From positions 1-60,339 of the forward strand of contig JAZSHF010000035.1 in NCBI GenBank assembly GCA_045533115.1: DNA of 60,339 bases, given 5' to 3'. The notes under the pieces were generated by a model that did not search any database, had not been told where the DNA came from, and saw only the letters and a program-made list of their open reading frames with translations. This DNA comes from Eubacteriales bacterium (GTDB lineage Bacteria > Bacillota > Clostridia > Oscillospirales > CAG-272). How positions within the stretch are numbered: the first letter of the stretch is position 1; every line of letters starts with the position of its first letter. Below are positions 38,342-49,326 of this stretch, piece by piece. Position numbers and translations under genes: made by a program.

Positions 38342-39211
38342 TCAGGTCGCATAGCGGACGGCACCTTGAAGCACCGTTATCTCCGCATCGCTTCTTTCTT
38401 CTATTTCGCCGTCGGAGCAGAGAAGGGAAATGCCCTTGATGGCAACCCTCTTACAGCGGCGGTATACTATGTACTTATCAAATTTTGCGACTGCCTTACC
38501 CGTGTCGGGATCAAGGTGAGTGCCATTCTTGTAGGAGCCGATAAGATTGAGGAGCGTTCCGCGTGAAACCTTTTTGACTGCAATGAAATCAATAAGCCCG
38601 TCGTTATAAGAGGCAAGCGGAGCGGAACGGAAGCCGCCGCCGTAATATTGACAGTTAGCGGCAACTGCGAGGGTGAAGGTCTGATCGTACTTCTCGACGC
38701 TTCCGTCCTCGTTTTCGACCTCTATCTGCCAATTTTCGCCGATCTTGTGAAAAAACGTGTCGACAACACCGGCAATATAAGCGGCACTTCCGGGGAATGC
38801 CTTTTTGTATTTTGCAGTCTTAACGACGACCTTTGTATCAAAACCGAAATTTATAATATTTACGGAATACTTGTCGCCGTATTTGAGAACGTCAACGGAA
38901 TAAACGCGATCCTTTTCGGGGAAAGTCTTGACGAAATCGTTTCCGGTTCCAGCGGGAACTACCGAAAAAAGCGCCTTGTCACCCGCGCCCGCATGAACGA
39001 TTCCCGACACGACCTCGTTTATCGTGCCGTCGCCGCCGTAAACTATAAAATGCGTCTCTGGACGGGTAAGACAGGTTTCGTAAACAAATCTTTCGGCGTC
39101 GCCGACGCAGGTCGTAACGTAGCTTTCCTCACCGCTTGCTGCTCCCTTGTTAAGAAGCTCGGGAGAGTGCTTAACGCCTGATGCCGGATTAAAAATATGA
39201 AGTCTATTCAA
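38342..39211 (-). CDS. Diacylglycerol kinase family (YegS/DAGK) protein
   Basis: FNPASG, GGDGTINEV, PAGTGNDF, YYGGG; TTG start at 39211 after GAGG preferred because the upstream ATGs overlap the promoter. Confidence 0.88.
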   Translation of the reverse strand: MNRLHIFNPASGVKHSPELLNKGAASGEESYVTTCVGDAERFVYETCLTRPETHFIVYGGDGTINEVVSGIVHAGAGDKALFSVVPAGTGNDFVKTFPEKDRVYSVDVLKYGDKYSVNIINFGFDTKVVVKTAKYKKAFPGSAAYIAGVVDTFFHKIGENWQIEVENEDGSVEKYDQTFTLAVAANCQYYGGGFRSAPLASYNDGLIDFIAVKKVSRGTLLNLIGSYKNGTHLDPDTGKAVAKFDKYIVYRRCKRVAIKGISLLCSDGEIEERSDAEITVLQGAVRYAT

Positions 39212-39345
39212 TGCTTTCGTCCTCGTTTTCCTCAAATCGTGGGTATGTTCACTCATTATTATACTATCCATTGACCTTTTTTTCAATGATTTTTTGTCGA
39301 AAATGATATTTTTTCGACAAAGTGCGACTTGTTTGAAATGACTTC

Positions 39346-39374
39346 TTGACAGAACCCAAGTTTTGTATTATAAT
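39346..39374 (+). promoter_or_regulatory. Sigma-A promoter of guaB
   Basis: TTGACA-17 bp-TATAAT. Confidence 0.8.
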
Positions 39375-39379
39375 TGTGA

Positions 39380-40897
<1,518 letters not shown>

Positions 40898-40908
40898 AAT
40901 AGGCACAG

Positions 40909-40975
40909 AAAAACCCGTTCCGAATCCGAACGGGTTTTTGTTATACATACACAAAAGCCCCGTTTGGGGCTTTTT
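40909..40975. terminator. Two tandem terminator hairpins between convergent genes
   Basis: AAAAACCCGTTC...GAACGGGTTTTT and AAAAGCCCC...GGGGCTTTTT. Confidence 0.75.
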
Positions 40976-40978
40976 GAA

Positions 40979-42670
40979 TTAGTTGAACTCTTTAATGATT
41001 TCAAGCGTCTTTTCTGCCATCTTATCGAGCGCACCGTCCTCAAAGGGATTAGAAAGACCCGCGTCTGAAATAAGCTCGGGGAATGACTTTTCACCGCCTG
41101 CCGCACAAAAATCAACGTAAGCGTCAAGGGCTTTCTTGTAATTTTCGCGCGAAGCACAAAGGAAGCCTATTGCGACGGTTTGTGCCAAGCAATAGTCGAT
41201 ATAATAGAAGGGTGACTCGTATATGTGCATCTGATACTGCCAACGTGTACCGAGAGAGAGGTAGGGCAGGTTATCGTAGTCCATATACGGACGGTATTTC
41301 TTCTCGAGATCAAGCCAAACGTCCTTGCGCTCAGCGGGAGTAAGCTCGGGGTTAGCGTATATCTCGTGTTGGAATTCGTCAACCATTACGCCGTAAGGGA
41401 TAAAGTCGAGGGCGGAAATGAGATGCTTTCTGCGGTAGCGGTCGCCGTCAGCGCCGAAGAATTTGTCCATCGACGGCCAGGAAAGAAATTCCATGCTCAT
41501 AGAGTGACATTCAGCGGTCTCCGAGCCGCCGATTCCAAGCTCACAGTCAGCCTTGTCAAGTGCCTTCTTCATAGCGAACGCGTGACCGAATTCGTGGGTC
41601 AGAACGTCGACGTCACCCGTCGTGCCGTTGAAGTTTGCAAGAATAAAGGGTTGCTTGTAGTTTTCAAAAACGGTACAGTATCCGCCGCCCCACTTGCCGT
41701 CGCGCGATTCGACGTCAAACGCCTCTGCTTCCTGCATCGACTTCATAAACGCGCCGATCTCCTCCGACATAGCGTCGTACATCTTCTGCGCCTCTTTGAA
41801 CATTCCGTCCTTGTCAAGTATCGGAACTATCGAGGAGCCGCTTCCGTAAATATCGTTATCATAAAAGGTTATCCAATCGTAGCCGAGCTCGTTACGAACC
41901 TGCTCCTTTATCTTGCCGACAACGGGAACGAGAGATTTTCTTACGTTTTCTCTGAACGCGGCAACCATATCGACGTCGTAGTCAAGGCGTCCCATACGGT
42001 AATATCCGAGCTCGGTAAAGGTCTTATAACCGAGCTTCTTTGCTATTCTATCGCGGATCTTAACAAGACGGTCGTATATCTCGTCGAGTTTTTCGGAGTT
42101 CTTGGATAGACCTTCGCCTATCGTGGTAGCAGCAGCTTTTCTTATCGAACGGTCAGCGTCCTCGAGCTTTCCGCGGAGCACCGAGAGAGGCATTTCCTCG
42201 CCGTTATAAACGAATACCATCGTCGACATAAGCTGTGAATACTCGGTAACGACGGCGTTTTCCTCCTGAAGGTCGGATATGATCTCGGGGGAGAAGGTTT
42301 TTCTTGCGATCTCCCACATCTTAAACAGGCGCGTTCCGAGCTTCTTTTCAAGGTCGGCACGGTAAGGGCTGTCAAGCATAAGAGCGGCGTAATTCGTTCC
42401 TATCTCGCTGAAAAGAGGGCCCACGTTGTCGTAATAGTCCATCTCGCCCTTATAAAACTCGTCCTTTGTGTTGAGCGTGTAGCGGCAATAAGCAAGAGAA
42501 TACTGGGTCTCATAGACCTTCATTTCCTCTCTGAACGCCTTTCTTGCGCGAAGAACGCAGTTTACGCACATTGCTTCCTTCATCGCATTTTCAAATTTTT
42601 CAAAAGCTGCCTTGCCTTCCTCAATCGTATATCTCTTATAGGGAAGGTCTTTAACCTTAATTATCGCCAT
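40979..42670 (-). CDS. M3 family oligoendopeptidase
   Basis: GGGYCT, ANFNGT, HEFGH zincin motif, ECHSMSME, HIY..PFYYIDY. Confidence 0.93.
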   Translation of the reverse strand: MAIIKVKDLPYKRYTIEEGKAAFEKFENAMKEAMCVNCVLRARKAFREEMKVYETQYSLAYCRYTLNTKDEFYKGEMDYYDNVGPLFSEIGTNYAALMLDSPYRADLEKKLGTRLFKMWEIARKTFSPEIISDLQEENAVVTEYSQLMSTMVFVYNGEEMPLSVLRGKLEDADRSIRKAAATTIGEGLSKNSEKLDEIYDRLVKIRDRIAKKLGYKTFTELGYYRMGRLDYDVDMVAAFRENVRKSLVPVVGKIKEQVRNELGYDWITFYDNDIYGSGSSIVPILDKDGMFKEAQKMYDAMSEEIGAFMKSMQEAEAFDVESRDGKWGGGYCTVFENYKQPFILANFNGTTGDVDVLTHEFGHAFAMKKALDKADCELGIGGSETAECHSMSMEFLSWPSMDKFFGADGDRYRRKHLISALDFIPYGVMVDEFQHEIYANPELTPAERKDVWLDLEKKYRPYMDYDNLPYLSLGTRWQYQMHIYESPFYYIDYCLAQTVAIGFLCASRENYKKALDAYVDFCAAGGEKSFPELISDAGLSNPFEDGALDKMAEKTLEIIKEFN

Positions 42671-43961
42671 TTCCGTTCTCCTTATTTCTTCTTGAGAGCT
42701 TTTCCTGCTCTCGTTTTTCTTTGGCGTAAATATGAATTTCCTCGGTCGCGAAAGCGAGCTGGGTTATAACGTCCTTCTTTGTGAGGTAACACCAGAAGCT
42801 GTCGTCGGGGATCGAAATGTCAACACAGTCGCCGTTTCCGCGGTAATCGTACTCAATATGCATACTTTCAAGTGCGATAGCGGGCTTTTCGACTGTTATT
42901 TCCTCGCCGTAGCAGGTGCAGGTTAATGTAGTGCCTTCAGGCGTTTGAATCAGCTTTCCCTCGCCCTGCTTGTAGAATTTGAGGGAGCCCGGAAGTGTTT
43001 CGACGCGGACGGTGTCCTCAAAATAATAGGTGCCGTTACGAATGCGCTCACGCACAATGTCGCGCTCCCATCTTGCCCATTCGGGAATCTGAGAAAATTC
43101 GGTTCGTCCGTCGTTGCCCTCAAGCTGACCGAATTCGTCCATATACCAGCTCTTACCGCAGGCAGTACAGATAAGCGTCGCTCCGCTTGCCTCCATCATT
43201 CCCTCGGTTCCGCACTTAGGACACTTGTAAAGCAGTGAATTCAGTCCCTTTGCTCTCTCAGGATGGTCGATCTTTATCTTGTTTTCGAGCTGCCAAGCGA
43301 AGTCGTCGTACTGATATGCTTCCTTGATCTTCTCAAAAAGCTCCTTCGAGGAGTGGTTTTTGAGATCCTCAACGGTGAAGAGCGGGAACATCTCCGCTTC
43401 AACGTAAGTCTTCTTGTTTATCTTGTTCCACTGAGGGCAGGTTACAAAGTTTCCGTGTATTTTAAGCATTACGACGGGAACCTTCAGTATCTTTACGAGT
43501 TGACCGAGTGACTCGGGAAGAAACGAGGTTCTTCCGTCAAGGGAATATCTTGCCTCTGCAAAAAGTGCAAATATCGTTTTCAGCTCGTGCAGACAGTATT
43601 TCATATTTTTTACGAGATGAACGTCCGACACGTACTTTCTCTTGCCGAGAACGCCCATATTTCTCATCAGTATCTCGGTATAATCGCGGAAGCCCTCAAG
43701 CGTCATTACGTTGTTTGCCTTATAAGGGTGTGTCGCCATCATCATAATATTGAGGTCGACCATTGACGCGTGGTTGATAAGGAGAAGGTAGGGCTTGCCC
43801 TCGTATTCCTCCATACCGCGCTTGATGATCTTTGCGTTTCTCGTTTTGAGATCGGGCTTGCAGAGAATGCTCTTTGCAAGAAAATTGAGGGTGGAGCTGG
43901 GCTTTTTCGGTTTCTTTGCGAAATCAAATCGCTTGATGTTCTTTGCCACGGCGTTTCTCAC
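42657..43961 (-). CDS. PlsC-like acyltransferase with C-terminal Zn-ribbon extension
   Basis: NHASMVD (HX4D), FAEAR motif, CPKC...CTAC. Confidence 0.72.
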   Translation of the reverse strand: MRNAVAKNIKRFDFAKKPKKPSSTLNFLAKSILCKPDLKTRNAKIIKRGMEEYEGKPYLLLINHASMVDLNIMMMATHPYKANNVMTLEGFRDYTEILMRNMGVLGKRKYVSDVHLVKNMKYCLHELKTIFALFAEARYSLDGRTSFLPESLGQLVKILKVPVVMLKIHGNFVTCPQWNKINKKTYVEAEMFPLFTVEDLKNHSSKELFEKIKEAYQYDDFAWQLENKIKIDHPERAKGLNSLLYKCPKCGTEGMMEASGATLICTACGKSWYMDEFGQLEGNDGRTEFSQIPEWARWERDIVRERIRNGTYYFEDTVRVETLPGSLKFYKQGEGKLIQTPEGTTLTCTCYGEEITVEKPAIALESMHIEYDYRGNGDCVDISIPDDSFWCYLTKKDVITQLAFATEEIHIYAKEKREQEKLSRRNKENGNGDN

Positions 43962-44755
43962 TTTCTGTATATAGAAATAATAAATTCAAGCTCTGTCTCG
44001 AGCTTATCTGCGTGCTTCAGCTTTTTGGCGTCGGAGACCGATGTTTTCCAGTAATACGGTGTCATCAAAAAAAGCGAGGAAATATGCTCCTTACTTACGG
44101 TAACCTTGTATTTCACACGCTCATCGCGGATCTTCTCAAATCCGTTATAAACAGTTTCGGCTTCCTCGTTATCGTAAGGTGTATCGTAAACGAGGGCTTT
44201 AAGTCCGCTCAAATGCTTTTTTCCCGGGTGGCAGACGAGCATAATTCCGCCGTCCTTCAAAATCCGCAGAGCCTCCTTGTCGGGAACAGGAGCGAATACC
44301 GAGATCAGCGCGTCGTAGCTGTTATCGGGCAGAGGCATATCGAATATTCCGCAGACGGCGTAGCTAATTGGGTCGCTCTTGCCTCTTTCGGCTTTTGAAG
44401 CATATTTGATCGATGTCTTTGCAAGGTCAAGACCGACGATCTCGGCGTTTTCGTTTTCGTTTTTTATAACGCGCGAATAATAACCCTCGCCGCAGCCCGC
44501 GTCGCATATCTTAACTGCTGAAAATTCCTTAAGAACGCGTGATATTCCCTTTGCGAACGGCTCATAATAGCCGGCTCCGAGAAATTCGTGCCGTGCACGG
44601 CACATATCACTGCTGTCGCCGCCGCTTATTTTGCCCAAAACGAGATTGACGTATCCCTCGGAAGATAGGTCGAAGCAGTGTCCGCTTTTACATTTCAGTG
44701 AATTTCCAAGGCGCACAAGCGGATTTTTGCACTTCGGGCAGAGAAAAGCGCTCAC
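43958..44755 (-). CDS. rlmA: RlmA-type 23S rRNA m1G methyltransferase
   Basis: CPKC...C..GHCFD..EGYVNL zinc finger, DAGCGEGYY, MTPYYWK. Confidence 0.88.
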   Translation of the reverse strand: MSAFLCPKCKNPLVRLGNSLKCKSGHCFDLSSEGYVNLVLGKISGGDSSDMCRARHEFLGAGYYEPFAKGISRVLKEFSAVKICDAGCGEGYYSRVIKNENENAEIVGLDLAKTSIKYASKAERGKSDPISYAVCGIFDMPLPDNSYDALISVFAPVPDKEALRILKDGGIMLVCHPGKKHLSGLKALVYDTPYDNEEAETVYNGFEKIRDERVKYKVTVSKEHISSLFLMTPYYWKTSVSDAKKLKHADKLETELEFIISIYRK

Positions 44756-45285
44756 CTTTTTGCCTCTTTGTGCATTTTGATATAACGGCGCAGTATCGGC
44801 TTTTCAAGGGCTCTTTTGGAACGGTTGAAAAGGGTAGTTTTATCCTTTATCGGCTTAACGAGAATGGCGTACAGACCAAGACGCTTTGCGCTCCATACGT
44901 CGGTGAATATCTGATCTCCGATAACTGCGGTATTGTTTTTGTCGCTTTCCATATATTCCATCGCGGCGCGGTGGAATTTTACCGACGGCTTGCCGCTGTC
45001 CCAGGTCGCAAACAGCTTCAGCTCGGAATTGAAAAGCTCAACCCTGTCCTGATGATTGTTAGAAATGAACGCCGCCGAAATACCCGCTTTTTTCAGGTCG
45101 TCAAGCCAGCTAAGCACGCTTTCGGTCGGCACCGGATCGTCGTAGGTAACGAGAGTATTGTCGATATCGAGAAGAACAGCCTTGATCCCGCGCTCGGTCA
45201 GCATTTCCGGGGTTATTCCGTATATATCGTCAAGATACATATCGGGCATAAAATAACGGTCAATAAACAAATCTGTAGTCTCCAT
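44752..45285 (-). CDS. yqeG: YqeG family HAD IIIA phosphatase
   Basis: LDIDNTL, ISNN, KP, IGDQIFTDV. Confidence 0.92.
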   Translation of the reverse strand: METTDLFIDRYFMPDMYLDDIYGITPEMLTERGIKAVLLDIDNTLVTYDDPVPTESVLSWLDDLKKAGISAAFISNNHQDRVELFNSELKLFATWDSGKPSVKFHRAAMEYMESDKNNTAVIGDQIFTDVWSAKRLGLYAILVKPIKDKTTLFNRSKRALEKPILRRYIKMHKEAKR

Positions 45286-45361
45286 GCGTTTAATAAAAAA
45301 ATTATATCATATAATACTTGTATTTTCAATAGTAAAGGAAGGAAATATTTACAAATAACCC

Positions 45362-45390
45362 TTGCATTGAAGGGGAATTGAGGGTATAAT
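45362..45390 (+). promoter_or_regulatory. Sigma-A promoter of MutS-like pair
   Basis: TTGCAT-17 bp-TATAAT. Confidence 0.7.
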
Positions 45391-45422
45391 TATAAGGAAA
45401 ATATACGAAGGGAAGTATCTTA

Positions 45423-46892
45423 ATGGGATACCCGAGCCTGCTATACTATACGAAGCCGAGCAAAAAAGCGTTAGACATATCGGTTTTTGAGGATCTTCAG
45501 CTTCTTAACTTCATACCCAAAAGAGTTGCGAAAAGCGCGTCGATACCCTGCGGAAAGGAGAACATTCTTTCGAGACAGGAGCTTTTTAAGCGCCTGAACG
45601 ACGAAAAAATAAGGGGAAAATTCTCCCGTCTCTACGAAATATCCTGCGATCTTCATAACCTTAATGCGGCGTTTAACGGTGCGCCGACCGATGAAGGCAA
45701 GAGTATAATTTTTCTCTTTCTCTGTGGGGCTGTAAGAGCCTTTACCAAATGTGCGTCTGAATGTGATTTCTCCGATCCGTTATCAAGCCGATTTGCTTCG
45801 GGTATGCTTGAAGAACAGGCGAACGAAAAATATGTGAAGATGTCCGAGGAGCTTGTATGCCTTATTCCCGAGGCGCAAAAGATCCTTTCCAATTCTCTTT
45901 GTATATCCGGCAATAAGGTCAGAATGACAGACGATGTCGGAAGCACCTTCCTTGACGGTATCGTGAGCTGTGCAAAAACGCTCGGAACCGATATTCCAAA
46001 GGTAAAAAGCCCCGAAAACCGTGAGCTTTCTCCCGACATCATAAACGGTGCGGCGTCGCTCTGCCCTGAGCTTATGAAGAAGCTGAAGAGCTTTAAGAGT
46101 GAATTTCTATCTTATTACCGCTCAAATATCGTCTATTACCGCAAGGAGATCGAATTCTACCTTACGATGCTCGATTTTACCGACAGAATAAGAGAAGCGG
46201 GAATACCCCTTACCTATCCGACGGTAGGAGAGGGAAGAATAATAAATATTACCGAGGCGTACGACGTGTCTCTTCTTGCAAAGGGTGAGACGAATATCGT
46301 CCCGAACGACATCTCCTTTACGACCGAAGAGCCCTTCTACTTCCTTACGGGAGCTAACGGCGGCGGTAAGACGACATATCTTCGTACAGTCGGTATCGCG
46401 GTGACTATGTTCCTCCTCGGATGCCCTGTGCCCTGCACGAGCGCAACGATCTCCGACATCAGCTCGGTGTTTACACATTTTCCGAGAGACGAACGCTTTG
46501 ACGGAAGCGGACGCTTCGTTGAGGAAAACAACCGCGTAAACGCGATCCTTGAAAATATGGACGAAAATTCTCTTGTTCTTCTTAACGAAACGTATTCGAC
46601 GACGAACGAGGAAAACGCAGTTAAAATGACCGAAAAGCTGGCAAACGAGCTTTGGGAAAATAGAATATTCGGTCTTTATATTACCCATCAGCATAGCCTG
46701 CGTGAGAGCGAGATACCGTATCTTAACGTTCTTATCGACTTGAACGACGAAAACCGCCGTACCTATAAAATAGCAAGGCAAAAGAGCGTAGGAGGTTCCT
46801 ATGCAAAGGATATCCTTATCAGATGCGGTCTTACCTTTGAAGCGCTTGAAAACCGCTTCGGTAAGCTTGACAATGGGGAGGAAGAAAAATGA
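45423..46892 (+). CDS. MutS-related protein A (domain V ATPase, no mismatch-binding domain)
   Basis: VPNDI, TGANGGGKTTYLR, VFTHFP, GRF..E, VLLNETYSTT, ITH, TYKI...GSYA. Confidence 0.85.
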   Translation: MGYPSLLYYTKPSKKALDISVFEDLQLLNFIPKRVAKSASIPCGKENILSRQELFKRLNDEKIRGKFSRLYEISCDLHNLNAAFNGAPTDEGKSIIFLFLCGAVRAFTKCASECDFSDPLSSRFASGMLEEQANEKYVKMSEELVCLIPEAQKILSNSLCISGNKVRMTDDVGSTFLDGIVSCAKTLGTDIPKVKSPENRELSPDIINGAASLCPELMKKLKSFKSEFLSYYRSNIVYYRKEIEFYLTMLDFTDRIREAGIPLTYPTVGEGRIINITEAYDVSLLAKGETNIVPNDISFTTEEPFYFLTGANGGGKTTYLRTVGIAVTMFLLGCPVPCTSATISDISSVFTHFPRDERFDGSGRFVEENNRVNAILENMDENSLVLLNETYSTTNEENAVKMTEKLANELWENRIFGLYITHQHSLRESEIPYLNVLIDLNDENRRTYKIARQKSVGGSYAKDILIRCGLTFEALENRFGKLDNGEEEK

Positions 46893-48376
46893 AATTCAGT
46901 CTTTTGAATAAAGTCCCCGATAATTTTGCCGAATGTCAGATTATTTACGACATTTCGGCAGACCGCGCGATAAAGGAAATAGTGGACGATAAAAGGCGCG
47001 CGGATTATTTTCTTTCGGTTATTGAAAAGCCGCTTACCAAAAAAGAAAATATACTGTTCCGTCAAGAAATATACTCCGACCTTAAAAGCATTGACGGGCT
47101 TCTACCTGACCTTAAGACTCTGTTTCTCCGTTACGATAAGATAAAGAGCGACTGGCAGGAAATGAAGCTCGGCGCGGTGAATAATAAGGGCTCGGAGATA
47201 AATTCCGAGGCGCTTCTTGAACACACCTTCGCGTCGCTTAAGGTAACGGCGATCTTCCCCTCGACGATCGCGTCCTTCTTCGGGACAATCGGCGAGACGC
47301 TTGGAAAATATCCGATAAAGAGCGAGGGGCTTACCGCAATTCGCGACTGGTGTATCAGCATGACCGAAAACGAAGCACTTGACGAGCTTGTTAAAATTTC
47401 TCAGCGCTTCAGATACAAAGACCCCGAGGACTTCGACTTCACAGTAGCATTTACACTCGACCGCGCTTTGCATCTCTTTGCCTGCGATCTTTCAGATATA
47501 ACCTATAAGAAGCCGGAGGGAAACGCGCTAAGCAAGCTTTTCGGCAAGAAAAAGGACGAAAGCGGTGTCGAGATCAAGGCGATAGTATCGCAGGCAGGAG
47601 AGGACCCCTTAACCGACGCGCAGTATATGCTGAACGAATCCCTCATTCGTATCGACTCTGCGCTGACAAAGGTGACTAACGACGTCTACGACGCCTTTTT
47701 CGGGCTCTCAAACGAGCTTATGTTCTACGAGGCGGCGATACTGTACGCCGAAAAAGCACTTGAAGCGGGAATACCACTGACGCTTCCAACGGTTCTGTCC
47801 GAGGAATGCGACTGTTTCTCCCTCGGCGGACTTCGCGAGCTTGTCCTTCTCTCGAACGGACTTGGTGCGAAAACCGTGCCGAACGATCTGTCGCTTGAGG
47901 GCGACACCGCGGGGCTTCTCGTAAAGGGTCTCACAGATAGCGGTAAGACCGTATATCTGCGCGCAATAGCGGCTGCACAGCTCTTTATGCAGGCGGGGCT
48001 TCCCGTGCTTGCTGAAAGAGCAACTATGAGTATCCGCCGCGGATTCTTCTCGCATTTTTCATCTGCTGAGGAGGAATTCTTAAAGGGAGACGCAAGAGGA
48101 AGATTTGACCAAGAGGCAAGAGAGATCGCGGCGATTCTCGACAAGCTGACACCCTATTCGCTTCTTCTGCTCAACGAGACCTTCCAGACGACGTCATATA
48201 AAGAAGGAACAAAGAGCATATACGATATACTTCGCTTTATGCCGAAGCTCAAAACGAAGTACGTGTTCGTCACACACCTGACTGCGCTTTTCGGCTATAT
48301 GGAGAACGAAAACGTAATTCTTGCACACACGTCGGACGACGAGAACAGCAAGTACAAAATTATTATCGAACAGTAA
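46889..48376 (+). CDS. MutS-related protein B (degenerate domain V ATPase)
   Basis: NILFRQEI..D, VPNDL, KGLTDSGKTVYLRAI, QLFMQAGLPV, GRFDQE, LLLNETFQTTS..EG, VTH; ATGA overlap with protein A. Confidence 0.85.
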   Translation: MKFSLLNKVPDNFAECQIIYDISADRAIKEIVDDKRRADYFLSVIEKPLTKKENILFRQEIYSDLKSIDGLLPDLKTLFLRYDKIKSDWQEMKLGAVNNKGSEINSEALLEHTFASLKVTAIFPSTIASFFGTIGETLGKYPIKSEGLTAIRDWCISMTENEALDELVKISQRFRYKDPEDFDFTVAFTLDRALHLFACDLSDITYKKPEGNALSKLFGKKKDESGVEIKAIVSQAGEDPLTDAQYMLNESLIRIDSALTKVTNDVYDAFFGLSNELMFYEAAILYAEKALEAGIPLTLPTVLSEECDCFSLGGLRELVLLSNGLGAKTVPNDLSLEGDTAGLLVKGLTDSGKTVYLRAIAAAQLFMQAGLPVLAERATMSIRRGFFSHFSSAEEEFLKGDARGRFDQEAREIAAILDKLTPYSLLLLNETFQTTSYKEGTKSIYDILRFMPKLKTKYVFVTHLTALFGYMENENVILAHTSDDENSKYKIIIEQ

Positions 48377-48403
48377 GGTATGTATTATTGCCGTACGTAA
48401 TAT

Positions 48404-48431
48404 AAAAATCCGCCCGTTTCGGGCGGATTTT
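48404..48431 (+). terminator. Terminator after MutS-like pair
   Basis: AAAATCCGCCCG TTT CGGGCGGATTTT. Confidence 0.8.
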
Positions 48432-48545
48432 CGATATACGGCAGAAAGCAACCGAGCCTTTACATTTAGAAGCGCAAAATTGGTGTACATAACTTTTTTT
48501 ATGCGGTATAGTATGAATAACAACAGTAAAGGAGTAACGGGAACA

Positions 48546-48935
48546 ATGACACTCGGTGAAAAAATCGCAAGGGAACGAAAAAAATTAAACTATACGCAAG
48601 AGCAGCTTGCAGATGTTCTTGAGGTTTCGCGTCAGTCGATCAGCAAATGGGAATCGGATATAACCTTTCCCGAAACGGATAAGATAATCCAGCTTTCACG
48701 GCTATTTGATTGCTCGATAGACTATCTTTTGAAGGAAGAATTGACGGAAAAGCAACAGGTAACTCAGACTATGGCCGACAAGCTTATGGGTATTAAGGAT
48801 CGGATGCTGACCGAAAATAATAAGCGCAAGGCAAAATTCACTTTGAAGCTCGCGGGCATAGTATTCGGCGTACTTCTCGCCGTCGATTTTATTGCGATGA
48901 TAATTTATTTTGCTGTTAACGGCTTACCGAATTAA
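48546..48935 (+). CDS. XRE-family HTH regulator with C-terminal transmembrane helix
   Basis: LGEKI..ERKK..TQEQLA..L.VSRQSISKWE...P; hydrophobic C-terminus; ATG after AAGGAG. Confidence 0.88.
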   Translation: MTLGEKIARERKKLNYTQEQLADVLEVSRQSISKWESDITFPETDKIIQLSRLFDCSIDYLLKEELTEKQQVTQTMADKLMGIKDRMLTENNKRKAKFTLKLAGIVFGVLLAVDFIAMIIYFAVNGLPN

Positions 48936-48968
48936 AAAATCCGCCCTCGAGCTTTCGAGGGCGGATAT
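48934..48968. terminator. Terminator hairpin between convergent genes
   Basis: AAAAAATCCGCCCTCGA...TCGAGGGCGGAT. Confidence 0.72.
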
Positions 48969-48970
48969 CT

Positions 48971-49201
48971 TTATATAAGCAAATCCTCTTCCGTCAATTT
49001 GGGAATAGGGGGCATCGGGCGCGGAACGCGCTTGAGCGGATCGTAAGCGAATTTCTTGCAGCAAAATTCCTTATTGACGATGCCTCGCAGAGAGCAGAGA
49101 ATGTTCTCGTCGTCTGCGATCACAGTCGCGTTTTCACAGTATATACAGTTCTTCGATATCTCGAACGCTTCGCTGTTCTTGTTTTTCTTTCTTTTACACA
49201 T
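48971..49201 (-). CDS. Small Cys-rich hypothetical protein
   Basis: CIYC...LC...CC..F.YDPLKRVP; GAGG SD and own TATAAT-containing promoter. Confidence 0.72.
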   Translation of the reverse strand: MCKRKKNKNSEAFEISKNCIYCENATVIADDENILCSLRGIVNKEFCCKKFAYDPLKRVPRPMPPIPKLTEEDLLI

Positions 49202-49326
49202 TCTACTATCCTCAAATCAATATCAAATAGTATTATACACCATATTGCGACAAATTTCAAATGTTTTTGCAAAAAATCTTGCAAAAATTTTGAAAAACGC
49301 GAAATTTTCTGCCTTGGAGGGTAATT

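Noticed and set aside
45423-48376. Frameshifted canonical mutS split into two ORFs
   Set aside because: Each ORF has its own domain V ATPase motifs and neither has a mismatch-binding domain; no mutL nearby
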